A stretch of 64,000 nt of DNA from an uncultured archaeon (GCA_963787445.1 CAWBCT010000013.1:32001-96000); one strand, 5' to 3'. Positions 1 through 9,740 are shown, counted from the first letter of the stretch. Notes: a model not told the origin generated them from the sequence alone. Made by a program: numbers and translations.

Positions 1-311
1 TGAAGGAGCTGAGCAGGAACGGTGTCGAGGTTGGCACCATAACCGAGGAGGCCATGATTGAGATCTTCAGGGAGTTCAAGAAGGACGCAATAACGAAGAG
101 TGCAATCGGGGAGATACTTTCCAACACCCCGAAGAGCCCCTCAGATGTCAAGAACCTAATAAAGGAGAAGAAGCTCCACCGGATAACCGGCCAGGAGCTG
201 GCAGAGATAGTTGCGCAGCACAAGTCAGAGAACAAAGGCGCTGCGATGAAGGAGATAATGTCGAAGTACCGCCTCAATATCGACGGCGAGGAGCTTGGCA
301 AATTGCTTTAG
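1..311 (+). CDS. gatE: C-terminal part of Glu-tRNA(Gln) amidotransferase subunit E (5' end outside window)
   Basis: Open frame from the window edge; helical tail 'ITKSAIGEIL...AAMKEIMSKYRLNIDG' resembles the GatE/YqeY-like C-terminus. Confidence 0.6.
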   Translation, partial: KELSRNGVEVGTITEEAMIEIFREFKKDAITKSAIGEILSNTPKSPSDVKNLIKEKKLHRITGQELAEIVAQHKSENKGAAMKEIMSKYRLNIDGEELGKLL

Positions 312-318
312 TGTTTTT

Positions 319-1011
319 ATGGAGTATCATATTCTAGGAAGCTCGATGCAGGCCCTCACCATAAACCTCGGCGAGGGCGAGCGCATCTTCGCCGACTCCG
401 GCAAGCTGGTCAGCAAGAGCGAGAACGTGGTGATGGAGCCGCGACTCGTCGGCGGGCTCGTGGGAGGGATGGAGCGGAAGATCGTCGGCGGGACCGGGAT
501 GCTTACGCAGTTCAAGTCGCAGGATGGGGAGGGCAGCGTTTCACTTGCCGGTGTCATGCCTGGAAAGATCCGGAGAATCCAGCTCGCCGAAGGGGATATA
601 GTAGTTGCGGAGGACTACGCTTTCCTCGCCTGCAGCGACTCGGTGAAGTTCACCATGCAGACGGTTAACATAGGGGCGGCGTTCTTCGGAGGCGCAGGCC
701 TGCTGCTGCAGAGGTTTGTCGGGCCGGGTGAGGTCTTCATACACGTCATCGGCGACGTGCTCGAGTACGAACTTGACGGCACCCTCAAGCTCGAGGTTGA
801 TCCTGGGCACATCGCTGCCTTCGATGGCACCCTTAACTTCAACATACGATTTGTAGACAACATACGCACCGTCCTCTTCGGCGGCGTAGGGCTGTTCCTG
901 GCCACTTTCAAGGGAAAGGGTAAGCTGCTGCTCCACAGCGTCTCCAGGTTCAAGTTCTCCTCCGAGGTCTTCATCGAAGGCGTCAGGCAGGAGAAGGGCA
1001 AGAAAGGGTAA
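319..1011 (+). CDS. AIM24 family protein
   Basis: 'FLAC...FFGGAGLLLQRFVGPG', 'VDPGHIAAFD', 'LFGGVGLF'; ATG at 319 preferred over 295. Confidence 0.85.
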   Translation: MEYHILGSSMQALTINLGEGERIFADSGKLVSKSENVVMEPRLVGGLVGGMERKIVGGTGMLTQFKSQDGEGSVSLAGVMPGKIRRIQLAEGDIVVAEDYAFLACSDSVKFTMQTVNIGAAFFGGAGLLLQRFVGPGEVFIHVIGDVLEYELDGTLKLEVDPGHIAAFDGTLNFNIRFVDNIRTVLFGGVGLFLATFKGKGKLLLHSVSRFKFSSEVFIEGVRQEKGKKG

Positions 1012-1019
1012 GCCACTCT

Positions 1020-1844
1020 TTATCTGGGGTAGACAAATCTTACGAACAGGTATAGGAAGAACACTATGGTTGTCACGAAGAAGCTTGCAGGATAGGGCAC
1101 GAAAAATGCGACCAGAAGCCCTACCCATGTTGCAAGCAGGGCGATGAGCACCGCCACAATTATTGCGTGCACCGGCTTCTTTGTCAGCCTGACCGCTATG
1201 GCCGCGGGCGTGACCATCAGCGAGAAGATAAGGAGCACTCCCACAACCTGGACCGCGATCGAGACCGAGGCTGCAAGCAAGAGCATGAAGACAATTCCGA
1301 GCAGCATAGTTCTCATGCCCTTGGCCTCCGCAACGTCCTCGTCCAGCGAGGCGAACAAGATCGGCCGGTACACGATTGCGGCGACTGCAAGGATTATCGC
1401 GCTGACCACGAGAGTCAAAAGCACGGCGCTGCTGCTGATGCCCAGGATCTCCCCGAAGAGGATGGAGTAGGCCTCGGTGGCGTAGCCTGTGTACAGGCTG
1501 ATGAACAGCACCCCGAGGCCAAGCGAGAATGCAAGAATTGAGCCCACCTGGACGTCGCTGTATGTTGCGCGCTTGCTGAGCAGGGCCATCCCTGCGCCGC
1601 TCACGCTTGTGAACAACAAAAGGCCAAAGACCGGGTTTATCCCGATTAGCACCGCCCCCGCGGCCCCTGCAAAGCCAATGTCTGCAAGGGCGTGCGCGGC
1701 GAACGCCGTACGGCGAATGACCACAAGGTAGCCGATTATTCCCGCGACGATTGCGGCGATGGTGCCTGCCTCAAACGCGTGCTGCATGAACTGGTACTGA
1801 AAAATCCCCTGAATAACTGAGATTACGTTAATATCAAACAACAT
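1020..1844 (-). CDS. Mn/Zn/Fe ABC transporter permease (ZnuB/MntB-like)
   Basis: 'FAAHALADIGFAG', 'SILFGEIL', 'VVGVLLIFSLMVTPAA'; multi-TM. Confidence 0.9.
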   Translation of the reverse strand: MLFDINVISVIQGIFQYQFMQHAFEAGTIAAIVAGIIGYLVVIRRTAFAAHALADIGFAGAAGAVLIGINPVFGLLLFTSVSGAGMALLSKRATYSDVQVGSILAFSLGLGVLFISLYTGYATEAYSILFGEILGISSSAVLLTLVVSAIILAVAAIVYRPILFASLDEDVAEAKGMRTMLLGIVFMLLLAASVSIAVQVVGVLLIFSLMVTPAAIAVRLTKKPVHAIIVAVLIALLATWVGLLVAFFVPYPASFFVTTIVFFLYLFVRFVYPR

Positions 1845-2631
1845 AATCCTCGCCCTCGTGGTGCTCTTCAGCACCTACAATCACAATATTGCCCTTCGAA
1901 TCCCTCAGTACCTCAACGTCTGTGCCGTACAGCGCGCTCAGGCGCTTTGATGTTAGTACTTCCTTCGGAGTGCCTGTTGCGACCTTGCCATTGGCCATGT
2001 AGATGACCTTGTCAAGGTACTGTATGAGCGGGTTGATGTCGTGCGCCACCAGGAATGCTGTAACGTTCCTTGACTTGACGACCGAGCTTATCAGCCCGAC
2101 CAGCTCCTTGATGCGCCTGATATCAAGATTCGAGAGCGGCTCGTCGAGCAGCAACATCTCCGGGTTGCTTACCAGAGCCTCCGCCAGGAAGATCCTCTGC
2201 AGCTCGCCCCCTGACAACGAGCCCAGCGGCTTCCTTGCCAGCTCAGTGGCTCCGACCGCCGCCAGCGTATCATAGGCTATCCTCTTCTCCTTGCGCGCGG
2301 AGAGGCTAAAGCCCCACTTGTTGCCCGAGAACGCGAGCCTGACGAGCTCGGCGCACTCGATGCTGGTATCGCTATCGATTGTGTGCCGCTGGGGGATGTA
2401 CCCGATCTTCGGGTTGCCACGCCTTGGGTTTGCATTAAATATGTGTATCGCTCCGCTGATCGGCTGCTGAAGGCCCAGAAGCAGGCGGAACATGGTGGTC
2501 TTGCCTGCCCCATTGGGGCCTATGACCGCCACGAACTCGCCGCGTTTCACGCTAAAGCTCGCGTCCTGCCATACCGGCTTTCCGGCGTAGCCTACCGTCA
2601 GGTTCTTGGCTACAACAATCTCCTGTTGCAT
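1834..2631 (-). CDS. Metal ABC transporter ATPase (ZnuC-like)
   Basis: Walker A GPNGAGKT, LSGGELQR, LLLDEP, H-loop. Confidence 0.92.
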   Translation of the reverse strand: MQQEIVVAKNLTVGYAGKPVWQDASFSVKRGEFVAVIGPNGAGKTTMFRLLLGLQQPISGAIHIFNANPRRGNPKIGYIPQRHTIDSDTSIECAELVRLAFSGNKWGFSLSARKEKRIAYDTLAAVGATELARKPLGSLSGGELQRIFLAEALVSNPEMLLLDEPLSNLDIRRIKELVGLISSVVKSRNVTAFLVAHDINPLIQYLDKVIYMANGKVATGTPKEVLTSKRLSALYGTDVEVLRDSKGNIVIVGAEEHHEGEDYVV

Positions 2632-2641
2632 TTTATTTCCC

Positions 2642-3598
2642 TTACTGGCCCAGCGCGTTCGCATTCAGCCCGTTCTCCAGCCCGAGCAGCTCCGCGTTCA
2701 TCCAGACCTGGAACGGAACGTCCGACGGCTGGATGGTCTCCGTCACTCCTACTATCGTGACGTTGTACTGCGTGGCTATCTGCTTCATCTGCTGCGTTAA
2801 AGGAGTTACAGTCTGCTCATTATATACCAATAGGGTGACGTTCCCGCTCTTGAGCTGGTTCTGGAACTGTGCAACACTCGCTGCAGGCGGGTCGTTGCCC
2901 TCGGCCACCGCTTCCATGTACGCGGGCGGGGAGATCAGGTCAAGCCCTGTGGCGTTTGCAAGGTACACGAAGATGCTCTCCGTCGATGCAACCTTGGTGC
3001 CTCCAAACTCGTGCTTGATCTGCGTCATTCTGCCGTCAACCTGTGCTAGCGAAGCGGTCACGTTTGCGTACTGCTGCGCGTAATAGCTCGCATGGGCAGG
3101 GTCGATCGATACAAGATCCAGGTACATCTGTTTAACCGTCTCGTTTACGTAGGTCGGGTTATACCAAAGATGTGGGTTTGAGCCGTTAACTACCCCAAGC
3201 AGATTTGCTACGTTTAGTACTGTTTGGTTTGGATTGTTGCTAGCAGAGATTAGTCTGAGCGCCCAATCATCATAGCCCACACCATTTACAATTACCATAT
3301 TGGCATTTGCTATATTTCTGGCATTGGCAGCGCTACTCTCATATTCATGTGGATCAGCATTAGGATCCGTGACAATGCTCGTTACGTTGACATATTTTCC
3401 GCCCACCTGCTGCATCAGACTGCCCCAGAAGTTTTCTGCTGCAACGATCTTTATCTGACCAGAGCTGTTGCTGTAGGTGTAATTGCTAACTTGACCAGTT
3501 GCCTGGCCGCCGCCATACGCAACAAAACCGACAATTGCGACTATTATTAAAACTACGGCTGCGACTCCTGCTAGGGCATATTTATTTGTTTTCTCCAT
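2642..3598 (-). CDS. Metal ABC transporter substrate-binding protein (cluster A-I), N-terminal membrane anchor
   Basis: DPHEYE, NPHLW and STESIF ligand motifs; N-terminal TM. Confidence 0.9.
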   Translation of the reverse strand: MEKTNKYALAGVAAVVLIIVAIVGFVAYGGGQATGQVSNYTYSNSSGQIKIVAAENFWGSLMQQVGGKYVNVTSIVTDPNADPHEYESSAANARNIANANMVIVNGVGYDDWALRLISASNNPNQTVLNVANLLGVVNGSNPHLWYNPTYVNETVKQMYLDLVSIDPAHASYYAQQYANVTASLAQVDGRMTQIKHEFGGTKVASTESIFVYLANATGLDLISPPAYMEAVAEGNDPPAASVAQFQNQLKSGNVTLLVYNEQTVTPLTQQMKQIATQYNVTIVGVTETIQPSDVPFQVWMNAELLGLENGLNANALGQ

Positions 3599-3606
3599 TC
3601 CACCAC

Positions 3607-3671
3607 TTAATAACTATTTGCAAATATATTAATAACAAAGATTAATAAAGCTTTCTGCCCAAGTTATTAAT
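3607..3671. promoter_or_regulatory. Candidate operator in divergent promoter (TTAATAAC repeats and inverted GTTATTAA)
   Basis: TTAATAAC at 3607 and 3629, TTAATAAA at 3642, GTTATTAA at 3663. Confidence 0.45.
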
Positions 3672-3692
3672 TAAGAGAACAAAGGCAATATC

Positions 3693-4088
3693 TTGGAAAT
3701 ACTAAGCATCTCGATAGACAAAGAGGCACTGGCGCAGCTCAACGCGATCCAGAAGAAGCTGGGTTTCAAGAGCCGCTCAAAGATGCTAAGAAGCGCCGTC
3801 TTCAACATGCTGAAAGATTACGAGGCGCTTGACTCTCTCAAGGGGGAGGTTGAGAGCGTGTTCGTGCTAACCTACCGGGAGTCGGAGAAGAATCATGTCT
3901 CTGACAATTTGCACAAGTTTGAGGAGTTCATAAAGACCGAACTGCACCAGCATAACAAGGGCGTATGCATAGACATACTGAGCGTCCATACCGATGCCGA
4001 GAATACGCGCAGGATGTTCGGCGTGCTGAAGAAGAACAAGTGCATCTCCTCTGTCACGTGCTCGGTGATAGGCAGTGCTAGAAGCTAA
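3693..4088 (+). CDS. NikR-family ribbon-helix-helix metalloregulator
   Basis: RHH 'ILSISID...GFKSRSKMLR'; ACT-like domain with H...HxH...C; TTG start; divergent from the metal ABC operon. Confidence 0.85.
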   Translation: MEILSISIDKEALAQLNAIQKKLGFKSRSKMLRSAVFNMLKDYEALDSLKGEVESVFVLTYRESEKNHVSDNLHKFEEFIKTELHQHNKGVCIDILSVHTDAENTRRMFGVLKKNKCISSVTCSVIGSARS

Positions 4089-4109
4089 TTGCCTCACGCA
4101 ACACTACTC

Positions 4110-4117
4110 TTATATAC
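4110..4117 (+). promoter_or_regulatory. TATA box of the 5S rRNA gene
   Basis: TTATATAC starting 28 nt upstream of the 5S 5' end; T-tract at 4255-4259 after the gene. Confidence 0.6.
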
Positions 4118-4137
4118 CTTTTCTGGCAATATAATGC

Positions 4138-4253
4138 TGTCAAACGGCCATAGGGACGGGGAAACGCCCGAACCCATTCCGAACTCGGAAGCTAAGCCTG
4201 TCCACGATGTGAAATACTGCCGTAGCGGTGGGAAGACACATTGCTGTTTGGCA
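4138..4253 (+). rRNA. rrf: 5S rRNA (stand-alone)
   Basis: Terminal helix TGTCAAACGGC/GCTGTTTGGCA; conserved CCCATTCCGAACTCGGAAGCTAAG. Confidence 0.93.
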
Positions 4254-4348
4254 CTTTTTATCCCTTAGCGCAAGCCCTAAACGGCACAATTCAGGTCCAC
4301 CCACAAGGCTTATAAATCAGGCTCGGTCCTATCCTATTGGATGATTGA

Positions 4349-4762
4349 TTGCCGGTATTAGAAATACACCTATCAGGCCACGACGCCTATTTGATGGCTA
4401 CTGCCCAGTACAATGATGCTAAGACCCTTCTAGAGGAGGGAGACAAGGCCGGTGCAGGCACAGTAATACTAAAGAACCTGGACAGGTGGATGGAGATAGG
4501 TTTTCTGCTGGAGCCAGCAAAACTCGCCGAACACGCCGATCGGCCTGATATTGCTGGTGAACTGTTTGAGAAGCATGGCGACACTGAGAAGCACGCTATG
4601 GAGGGAACAAGGGGCAAGTGGCATGCTTACGAGAATGCTCTGAGAAACTATAGAGATGCAGGCGATAGAGCGTCTGTGGGCAGGGTGCTGGATAAATTGA
4701 CACTCGGCACAAGGCCCGTGTCTGGTAGCTCGCCAGCTCCACAACGCGCTCTTAGATCCTAA
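4349..4762 (+). CDS. Hypothetical helical (TPR-like) protein
   Basis: 137-aa ORF, TATA TTATAAAT upstream, TTG start; helical repeat-like pattern. Confidence 0.55.
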   Translation: MPVLEIHLSGHDAYLMATAQYNDAKTLLEEGDKAGAGTVILKNLDRWMEIGFLLEPAKLAEHADRPDIAGELFEKHGDTEKHAMEGTRGKWHAYENALRNYRDAGDRASVGRVLDKLTLGTRPVSGSSPAPQRALRS

Positions 4763-4771
4763 TTTCATAAA

Positions 4772-4847
4772 TGGTGCGAGTGCCGGGATTTGAACCCGGG
4801 TTATTGGGTTGGAAACCCAAAGTTCTACCAGGCTATACTACACTCGC
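4772..4847 (-). tRNA. tRNA-Gly(TCC), intron-less, CCA encoded
   Basis: Acceptor GCGAGTG/CACTCGC followed by ACCA; anticodon arm TTGGG-TTTCCAA-CCCAA; T-arm CCGGG-TTCAAAT-CCCGG. Confidence 0.96.
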
Positions 4848-4961
4848 ATAGAAGCGGATAATACTTCATATCTTAACCAATATAATACTTTTCAGGGCAC
4901 TAAACCGAAGAGCTCAGAAAGCTATTTATTAACCAGCGTGCTTATAGCGTCAAGTGATAGA

Positions 4962-5603
4962 ATGGGACTACTTTTAGACGGTGTAATCGGCGTAGTGCTG
5001 CTGATAATAGTGCTGGCCGTGATAGCGATATACAACGGGCTTATCTCGAAGCGCAACCGCGTCCAGGACGCATGGGCTCAGATAGACGTGCAGCTGAAGA
5101 GAAGGTACGACCTCATTCCTAACCTGCTCGAGACTGTGAAAGGCTACGCCAAGTACGAGAAGGGCGTGCTGACCCAGGTCACAGCACTGCGTTCCTCCAT
5201 AATAACCGGAACACCTGAGCAGAAGGCTGATGCAAACAACAAGCTCAGCGCTGCGTTCAAGAGCATCTTCGCGGTTGCGGAGAACTATCCCGACCTGAAG
5301 GCCTCGCAGAACTTCAGGGACCTGCAGAGCTCCATCCAGGACACGGAGGACAAGATCTCGTTCGTCCGCACATCGTATAACGACTACGTGCTTGACTACA
5401 ACAACGGGCTGCAGCAGTTCCCGAGCAGCATCTTTGCGAACGCGTTCCACTTCCAAAAGTTCGACTACTTCCAGACCGCTGCCGAGGCAGAGCGCGAGCC
5501 CGTGAAGGTGAACTTTGACGACCTGAATGGTGGCGCACCAGCTTCACCTCTTCCTGCCCACAAAAGTGCAGGAAAGGCGGCAAAGGGCAAGAAGGGCTCC
5601 TAA
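4962..5603 (+). CDS. lemA: LemA family protein
   Basis: 'AWAQIDVQLKRRYDLIPNL', 'AVAENYPDLKAS'; start at 4962 because the longer ORF overlaps the tRNA. Confidence 0.93.
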   Translation: MGLLLDGVIGVVLLIIVLAVIAIYNGLISKRNRVQDAWAQIDVQLKRRYDLIPNLLETVKGYAKYEKGVLTQVTALRSSIITGTPEQKADANNKLSAAFKSIFAVAENYPDLKASQNFRDLQSSIQDTEDKISFVRTSYNDYVLDYNNGLQQFPSSIFANAFHFQKFDYFQTAAEAEREPVKVNFDDLNGGAPASPLPAHKSAGKAAKGKKGS

Positions 5604-5616
5604 TCAGGCGTAGCGG

Positions 5617-6522
5617 ATGGCCAGCTTCTTTGACGAGATAGCGCGCAACAAGCTCAAGTCGCTGCTGCTCATGGCCATCTTCATCGCCTTCTTCGCATTC
5701 ATAGTTCGGATTTTCGTCCTGCTTCTCGGAGGCGGGCTCCTGCTCTTCCTCTTCGGCTTTGTGATAATACTCCTCTACGCCGGCTTCGTCTACCTGTACG
5801 GAGACAGCCTCACCCTGAAGATGGCGGGCTCGCAGGAGGCTGATAGAAAGCAATACAGCTCCTTGTATAGCATAGTCGAGGGAATTGCTGCCGCATCGCA
5901 GGTTCCGATGCCCAGGGTCTATCTAGTCAACGATTCTAGCCCCAACGCCTTTGCGACCGGGCGCAACAAGAAGGTGTCGGGCATCTCAGTCACCACCGGT
6001 CTGCTAAACATCATGGACAAGCGCGAGCTTCAGGGAGTGATAGCCCACGAGATGTCCCACATAGCCAACGCTGACGTGCAGTTCATGATGATCGCGATAG
6101 TTTTCGCAGGCGTGATAGGCCTCATAGCCGCCGCCATAAGGCTCAGCTTCTTCTTCGGGGGAATGAGTGGCGGCAGGGGGCGCGGCGAGGGCGGCATTAT
6201 ACTCATACTTATCGGCCTACTTATCGGAATACTTGCTCCCATCTTCGCCCTGCTTATTCGCCTTGCGATCTCAAGGCGCAGGGAGTACGTAGCTGACGCA
6301 AACGGCGCAAGGATAACTCGGGATCCGCAGGGCCTCGCCAGCGCGCTTACTAAGATAAAGGGCTACGCCTCCTCTCCGAACGCGCAGGGCGTAAAAAAGG
6401 CTAACGAAGTTGACGCACCGATGTATTTTGCAAATCCGCTGAGCGGCAAGAACATAGGCAACCTGTTCTCAACACACCCTCCGATAGACGAGCGGATCGC
6501 GCGTTTGAAGAAGATGTACTAA
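5617..6522 (+). CDS. htpX: Zinc metalloprotease HtpX (M48)
   Basis: PNAFATG, AHEMSH, SRRREYVAD, FSTHPP; typical lemA-htpX pair. Confidence 0.95.
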   Translation: MASFFDEIARNKLKSLLLMAIFIAFFAFIVRIFVLLLGGGLLLFLFGFVIILLYAGFVYLYGDSLTLKMAGSQEADRKQYSSLYSIVEGIAAASQVPMPRVYLVNDSSPNAFATGRNKKVSGISVTTGLLNIMDKRELQGVIAHEMSHIANADVQFMMIAIVFAGVIGLIAAAIRLSFFFGGMSGGRGRGEGGIILILIGLLIGILAPIFALLIRLAISRRREYVADANGARITRDPQGLASALTKIKGYASSPNAQGVKKANEVDAPMYFANPLSGKNIGNLFSTHPPIDERIARLKKMY

Positions 6523-6604
6523 ATCAATTAGTGACTGCGCACACTCCTAAGCTCTTAAGCAAATCCATAAATATGTCAAACGCCTGACTATAACTTGTGG
6601 TGAA

Positions 6605-7408
6605 ATGCAAAAAATGAGAAGACTAGCTTCAGCTGCAATTCTTGCCTGCGCTTTAGCTGGGCAAAAGGGATTGCTAGGACAGCCGGAGCAACAAAACCTG
6701 CAAGGTCCTAATTTATCATTTGCAGCCAACGAAACGGTTTCGTCCAGATATGTGAAAAGCACGGGTAGCCCGATAGGCATAGGTCCTGTACAGCAATCCC
6801 AGCTAGATCTTAATCTAGGTAACTATTTCACGGCAACAGGTTGGCAGGATTATGACACTACGCGCAGGGCCATGGATGAAGTGGACGCCTATGTGACGGC
6901 CCACAAGGAGCTCTACGCCATTAAAAATCCATATCTGGCCGGCCGCATATCTGCCAGCATAAGTGCACAGGACTGGCTTTATCCTTCTAAACTGATTAGC
7001 AGCCATGATGACCAAGCCCTTATCTCAACACTGACCTATGCCGGCCCTATAACCCTAAAATTTACTGAGAAGCACATGCTTACTAATGGTTTGACTTGGA
7101 GCAGAAATAATTATGTCTTTGATTTATCAAAAGCGTTTGAGGTAGGTTCATGGGGGAGCTCAAAACTTACTCTAGCTCCTACCTTTAGGGTTGCATACGA
7201 TGACAATTTCTTCGGGTATAACGGCTGGAATATCATGACCCCAGGCGGCTCTCTGAAGTTCTCCACAGACAACATTTCAATAGAGGTATTCGAAAAGAAG
7301 GAATTTAGAATGAATGTCCCACCAACAAAAAGAGGGTTTTCTTACGGGGGCGTGTCGGTGACATTTAATGACTTACCAAGGACTATTAAAGGTCTGAAAA
7401 GGCACTAA
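6605..7408 (+). CDS. Secreted beta-strand-rich protein, TorF/Gcw_chp porin-like candidate
   Basis: Signal peptide-like N-terminus; amphipathic strands; 'SSRYV', 'GPVQQ', 'DEVDAYV', 'WLYP', 'YGGVSVTF'. Confidence 0.5.
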   Translation: MQKMRRLASAAILACALAGQKGLLGQPEQQNLQGPNLSFAANETVSSRYVKSTGSPIGIGPVQQSQLDLNLGNYFTATGWQDYDTTRRAMDEVDAYVTAHKELYAIKNPYLAGRISASISAQDWLYPSKLISSHDDQALISTLTYAGPITLKFTEKHMLTNGLTWSRNNYVFDLSKAFEVGSWGSSKLTLAPTFRVAYDDNFFGYNGWNIMTPGGSLKFSTDNISIEVFEKKEFRMNVPPTKRGFSYGGVSVTFNDLPRTIKGLKRH

Positions 7409-8095
7409 CTTCTTACTAGATATATGAGGACCGACTTGCCTCGTTCTCCTTTCCTTTAACACTCCTTGACTCCCGTGGCTTTCCGCAAACTCCGCGTAGT
7501 ATCTGTCTACTGTGGTCTGAGGATCATCCCTATTTAGCCTTTTAAGTATGCTAACCTTTTTCATCCCGTTGCGACCACGGCCCAGGGCGCTCCTAACCTT
7601 AGGGTCCCTGAAGATTTTTCCAAGAAAACCGACCAGCTCGCGGGAAAGACTCTCGTGATGTCTCTCAAGAATACCTTCTATGGCAATTTCATTTGCGTTT
7701 ATTGGAGAGCTTAACAAATCTATCCTGTTGTCATTAATCAGCCGCTTTGCAACCACGACCTGTGCTATTGCAAGTTTTAAGATCTCAGGCTTTACTTTTG
7801 GCTTTGATAGCAACAGAGCGAGCGCACCCTTCTCGCTTCCCGAGGCGATGTACTCCTCTAGCGTGTTCCCTCCACTGCTCCTCATGGCGAGCGCCTCGTC
7901 GTCTTGCACGGCAACAGCGACATGGTTTTCATCGTTCCTTATCGCAATGAATAAATTGCGGCCATCCGGAGGATTTGGGTTCTTCTTGAATTCCTGTATG
8001 AATCTGAGGGACTCTGCCCTGAGCTGAACTGGTTCTCTCGGAGCCCCGCTGCCCCCTCTCGCTGCGTGCTTTGGAGGAGCTGCGCTTACGATCAT
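7373..8095 (-). CDS. Hypothetical protein
   Basis: 240-aa ORF with upstream TATA-like TTTAAATA; no recognised family. Confidence 0.6.
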   Translation of the reverse strand: MIVSAAPPKHAARGGSGAPREPVQLRAESLRFIQEFKKNPNPPDGRNLFIAIRNDENHVAVAVQDDEALAMRSSGGNTLEEYIASGSEKGALALLLSKPKVKPEILKLAIAQVVVAKRLINDNRIDLLSSPINANEIAIEGILERHHESLSRELVGFLGKIFRDPKVRSALGRGRNGMKKVSILKRLNRDDPQTTVDRYYAEFAESHGSQGVLKERRTRQVGPHISSKKLVPFQTFNSPW

Positions 8096-8147
8096 AATAT
8101 CACAACCTAACCCTTGTTGAATGTGATATTTAAATCATTTGTATAGG

Positions 8148-8936
8148 CTAGCCGCCACCGCTTGTGTATTTCCTCATCAGGTAGTAGAAGAGCTTGTAGG
8201 ACACCACGGTTATTGCAGCCGATGCTATCACTGCACCTGCCACGAAGACTGGGTCGAGCCTCCCGAGGAGCGTGTTCACGGAGTAGTAGTATGCGAACCC
8301 TATCGGTATGACCAGGCTGAAGAACACCTTTCCCAGGATGCCGAATATCGTGAGGGGATAGTTGCCCACCGAGGAGGAGAGCATGGCTATCCTGTAGAAG
8401 AACTGGGCGCTCCTGAGCAGGTGGTACGAGAGCACCGTGAGCATGGAGAGGAAGGAGACCAGGGCGATTATCCCAAGGCCGAACAGAAGCGCGAACTCCG
8501 CCAGCGCCGATGCGCCCAGCCCAAGCTGCGACCATGCCAGCAGGAGCACCAGGGCCCCGCCCAGCAGAACGGTGATGGACGAGACGTCAGAGAAGTTTGA
8601 GAGGATGATTGTGAGCTTGCCGTACGGCCTCATGAGATACATGTCCACCGAACCCACCTGCATCGCCTGAACCACCTGCCACCCGCTGATAAGCATGTAA
8701 ACTATGCCCATCATCATGGTGCTCGCTCCCGTGAGGAGCAGCATCTGGTAGTAGCTCCACCCGTTTATGCCGCTCGAGACGGAGTAGATGGCGATAACCG
8801 GGATAATTGCGCTTAGCACGGTGAAGATGCTGTCAAGGGACCAGAGTATCGTCTGCTCCCGGTACGCGAACAGAGACTTGAAGTTGTACTTTTGGGAGGT
8901 CAGGAAGTAGGAGATGTTTTTATTAAGATCTTCCAT
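8148..8936 (-). CDS. ABC-2 type exporter permease (DUF990-like)
   Basis: 'SGINGWSYYQML', 'GSVDMYLMRP', 'YPLTIF', 'IPIGFAYY'. Confidence 0.88.
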   Translation of the reverse strand: MEDLNKNISYFLTSQKYNFKSLFAYREQTILWSLDSIFTVLSAIIPVIAIYSVSSGINGWSYYQMLLLTGASTMMMGIVYMLISGWQVVQAMQVGSVDMYLMRPYGKLTIILSNFSDVSSITVLLGGALVLLLAWSQLGLGASALAEFALLFGLGIIALVSFLSMLTVLSYHLLRSAQFFYRIAMLSSSVGNYPLTIFGILGKVFFSLVIPIGFAYYYSVNTLLGRLDPVFVAGAVIASAAITVVSYKLFYYLMRKYTSGGG

Positions 8937-9740
8937 TCAGCCACCCACCGCCGCCACGCTCCTCTTCACAGAGCGCCACATCAACCCGGCGCACAGGAGC
9001 AGGATTGCGCACCATACCGCCCCGAGCAAAAGCGTTCCCGGGATGTCCGTGTTAACTCCGAGTATCGTGGAGACGGGCACGTACACCATGTACTTGAACG
9101 GCAGCAGGTTGACCAGGGCGCCGACCCATCCCGTAAGGAAGTTAAGCGGCACGATCCCCCCTCCTATCGCGTACTCCAGGGTCCAGGTTATGATTACCAG
9201 TGTCCAGATCTGCGTCATATAAACGGCTGCGCAGCCTATCATGAAGTCTATGCTGCATATTATCACGTAGCCCATCGCGATCTCAACCAGAAGCACGCCT
9301 ATCGTATAATAGCTAATCGGGGCGACGTGGATGAAGAGCAGCGTACCTATGAGTATTGGTAGCGAGACGACGAGAATGGTGCTAAGAAGGCTGCCGAACG
9401 AGCCGAAGACCACCTGGTAGACATACTTTATCGGGCGGGCTAGGGCCACGGCTATGCTCCCGTTCGTTATGTCGGTCTGCATTATGTCGCTGATATTGCT
9501 GCCGAGGAGTTGGCGGATGCCGCTTGCGAGGATGAAGTAGGCGTAGAGCGTTGCCAGGCTTATTCCCGCGATGGTTGTCTGACCGGAGCTTCCGTAAACG
9601 GCTGTCCACGCAAAGATCAGCACCACCGCCATCAGCACCGAGAAGGTGAGAGTAAGCGCGAGGTCGGACCGGTACGCGGTGCTGTTCTTGAAGTTCACCA
9701 CGAACACGGACCAGTACGCGTCAAACGTCTCGAACGTCAG
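8937..9740 (-). CDS. ABC-2 type exporter permease (DUF990-like), probable CTG start
   Basis: 'AYRSD', 'DITNGSIAVALARPI', 'GGIVPL..LPFKYMVYVP'; frame extends to CTG at 9740, which overlaps the upstream TGA. Confidence 0.85.
   Translation of the reverse strand: MTFETFDAYWSVFVVNFKNSTAYRSDLALTLTFSVLMAVVLIFAWTAVYGSSGQTTIAGISLATLYAYFILASGIRQLLGSNISDIMQTDITNGSIAVALARPIKYVYQVVFGSFGSLLSTILVVSLPILIGTLLFIHVAPISYYTIGVLLVEIAMGYVIICSIDFMIGCAAVYMTQIWTLVIITWTLEYAIGGGIVPLNFLTGWVGALVNLLPFKYMVYVPVSTILGVNTDIPGTLLLGAVWCAILLLCAGLMWRSVKRSVAAVGG

Noticed and set aside
4254-4847. tRNA-Gly as an integration site for an island
   Set aside because: No integrase and no duplicated tRNA 3' end seen in the window
4809-4961. 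N-terminal extension of the LemA ORF
   Set aside because: Overlaps tRNA-Gly antisense; the LemA TM begins after ATG 4962
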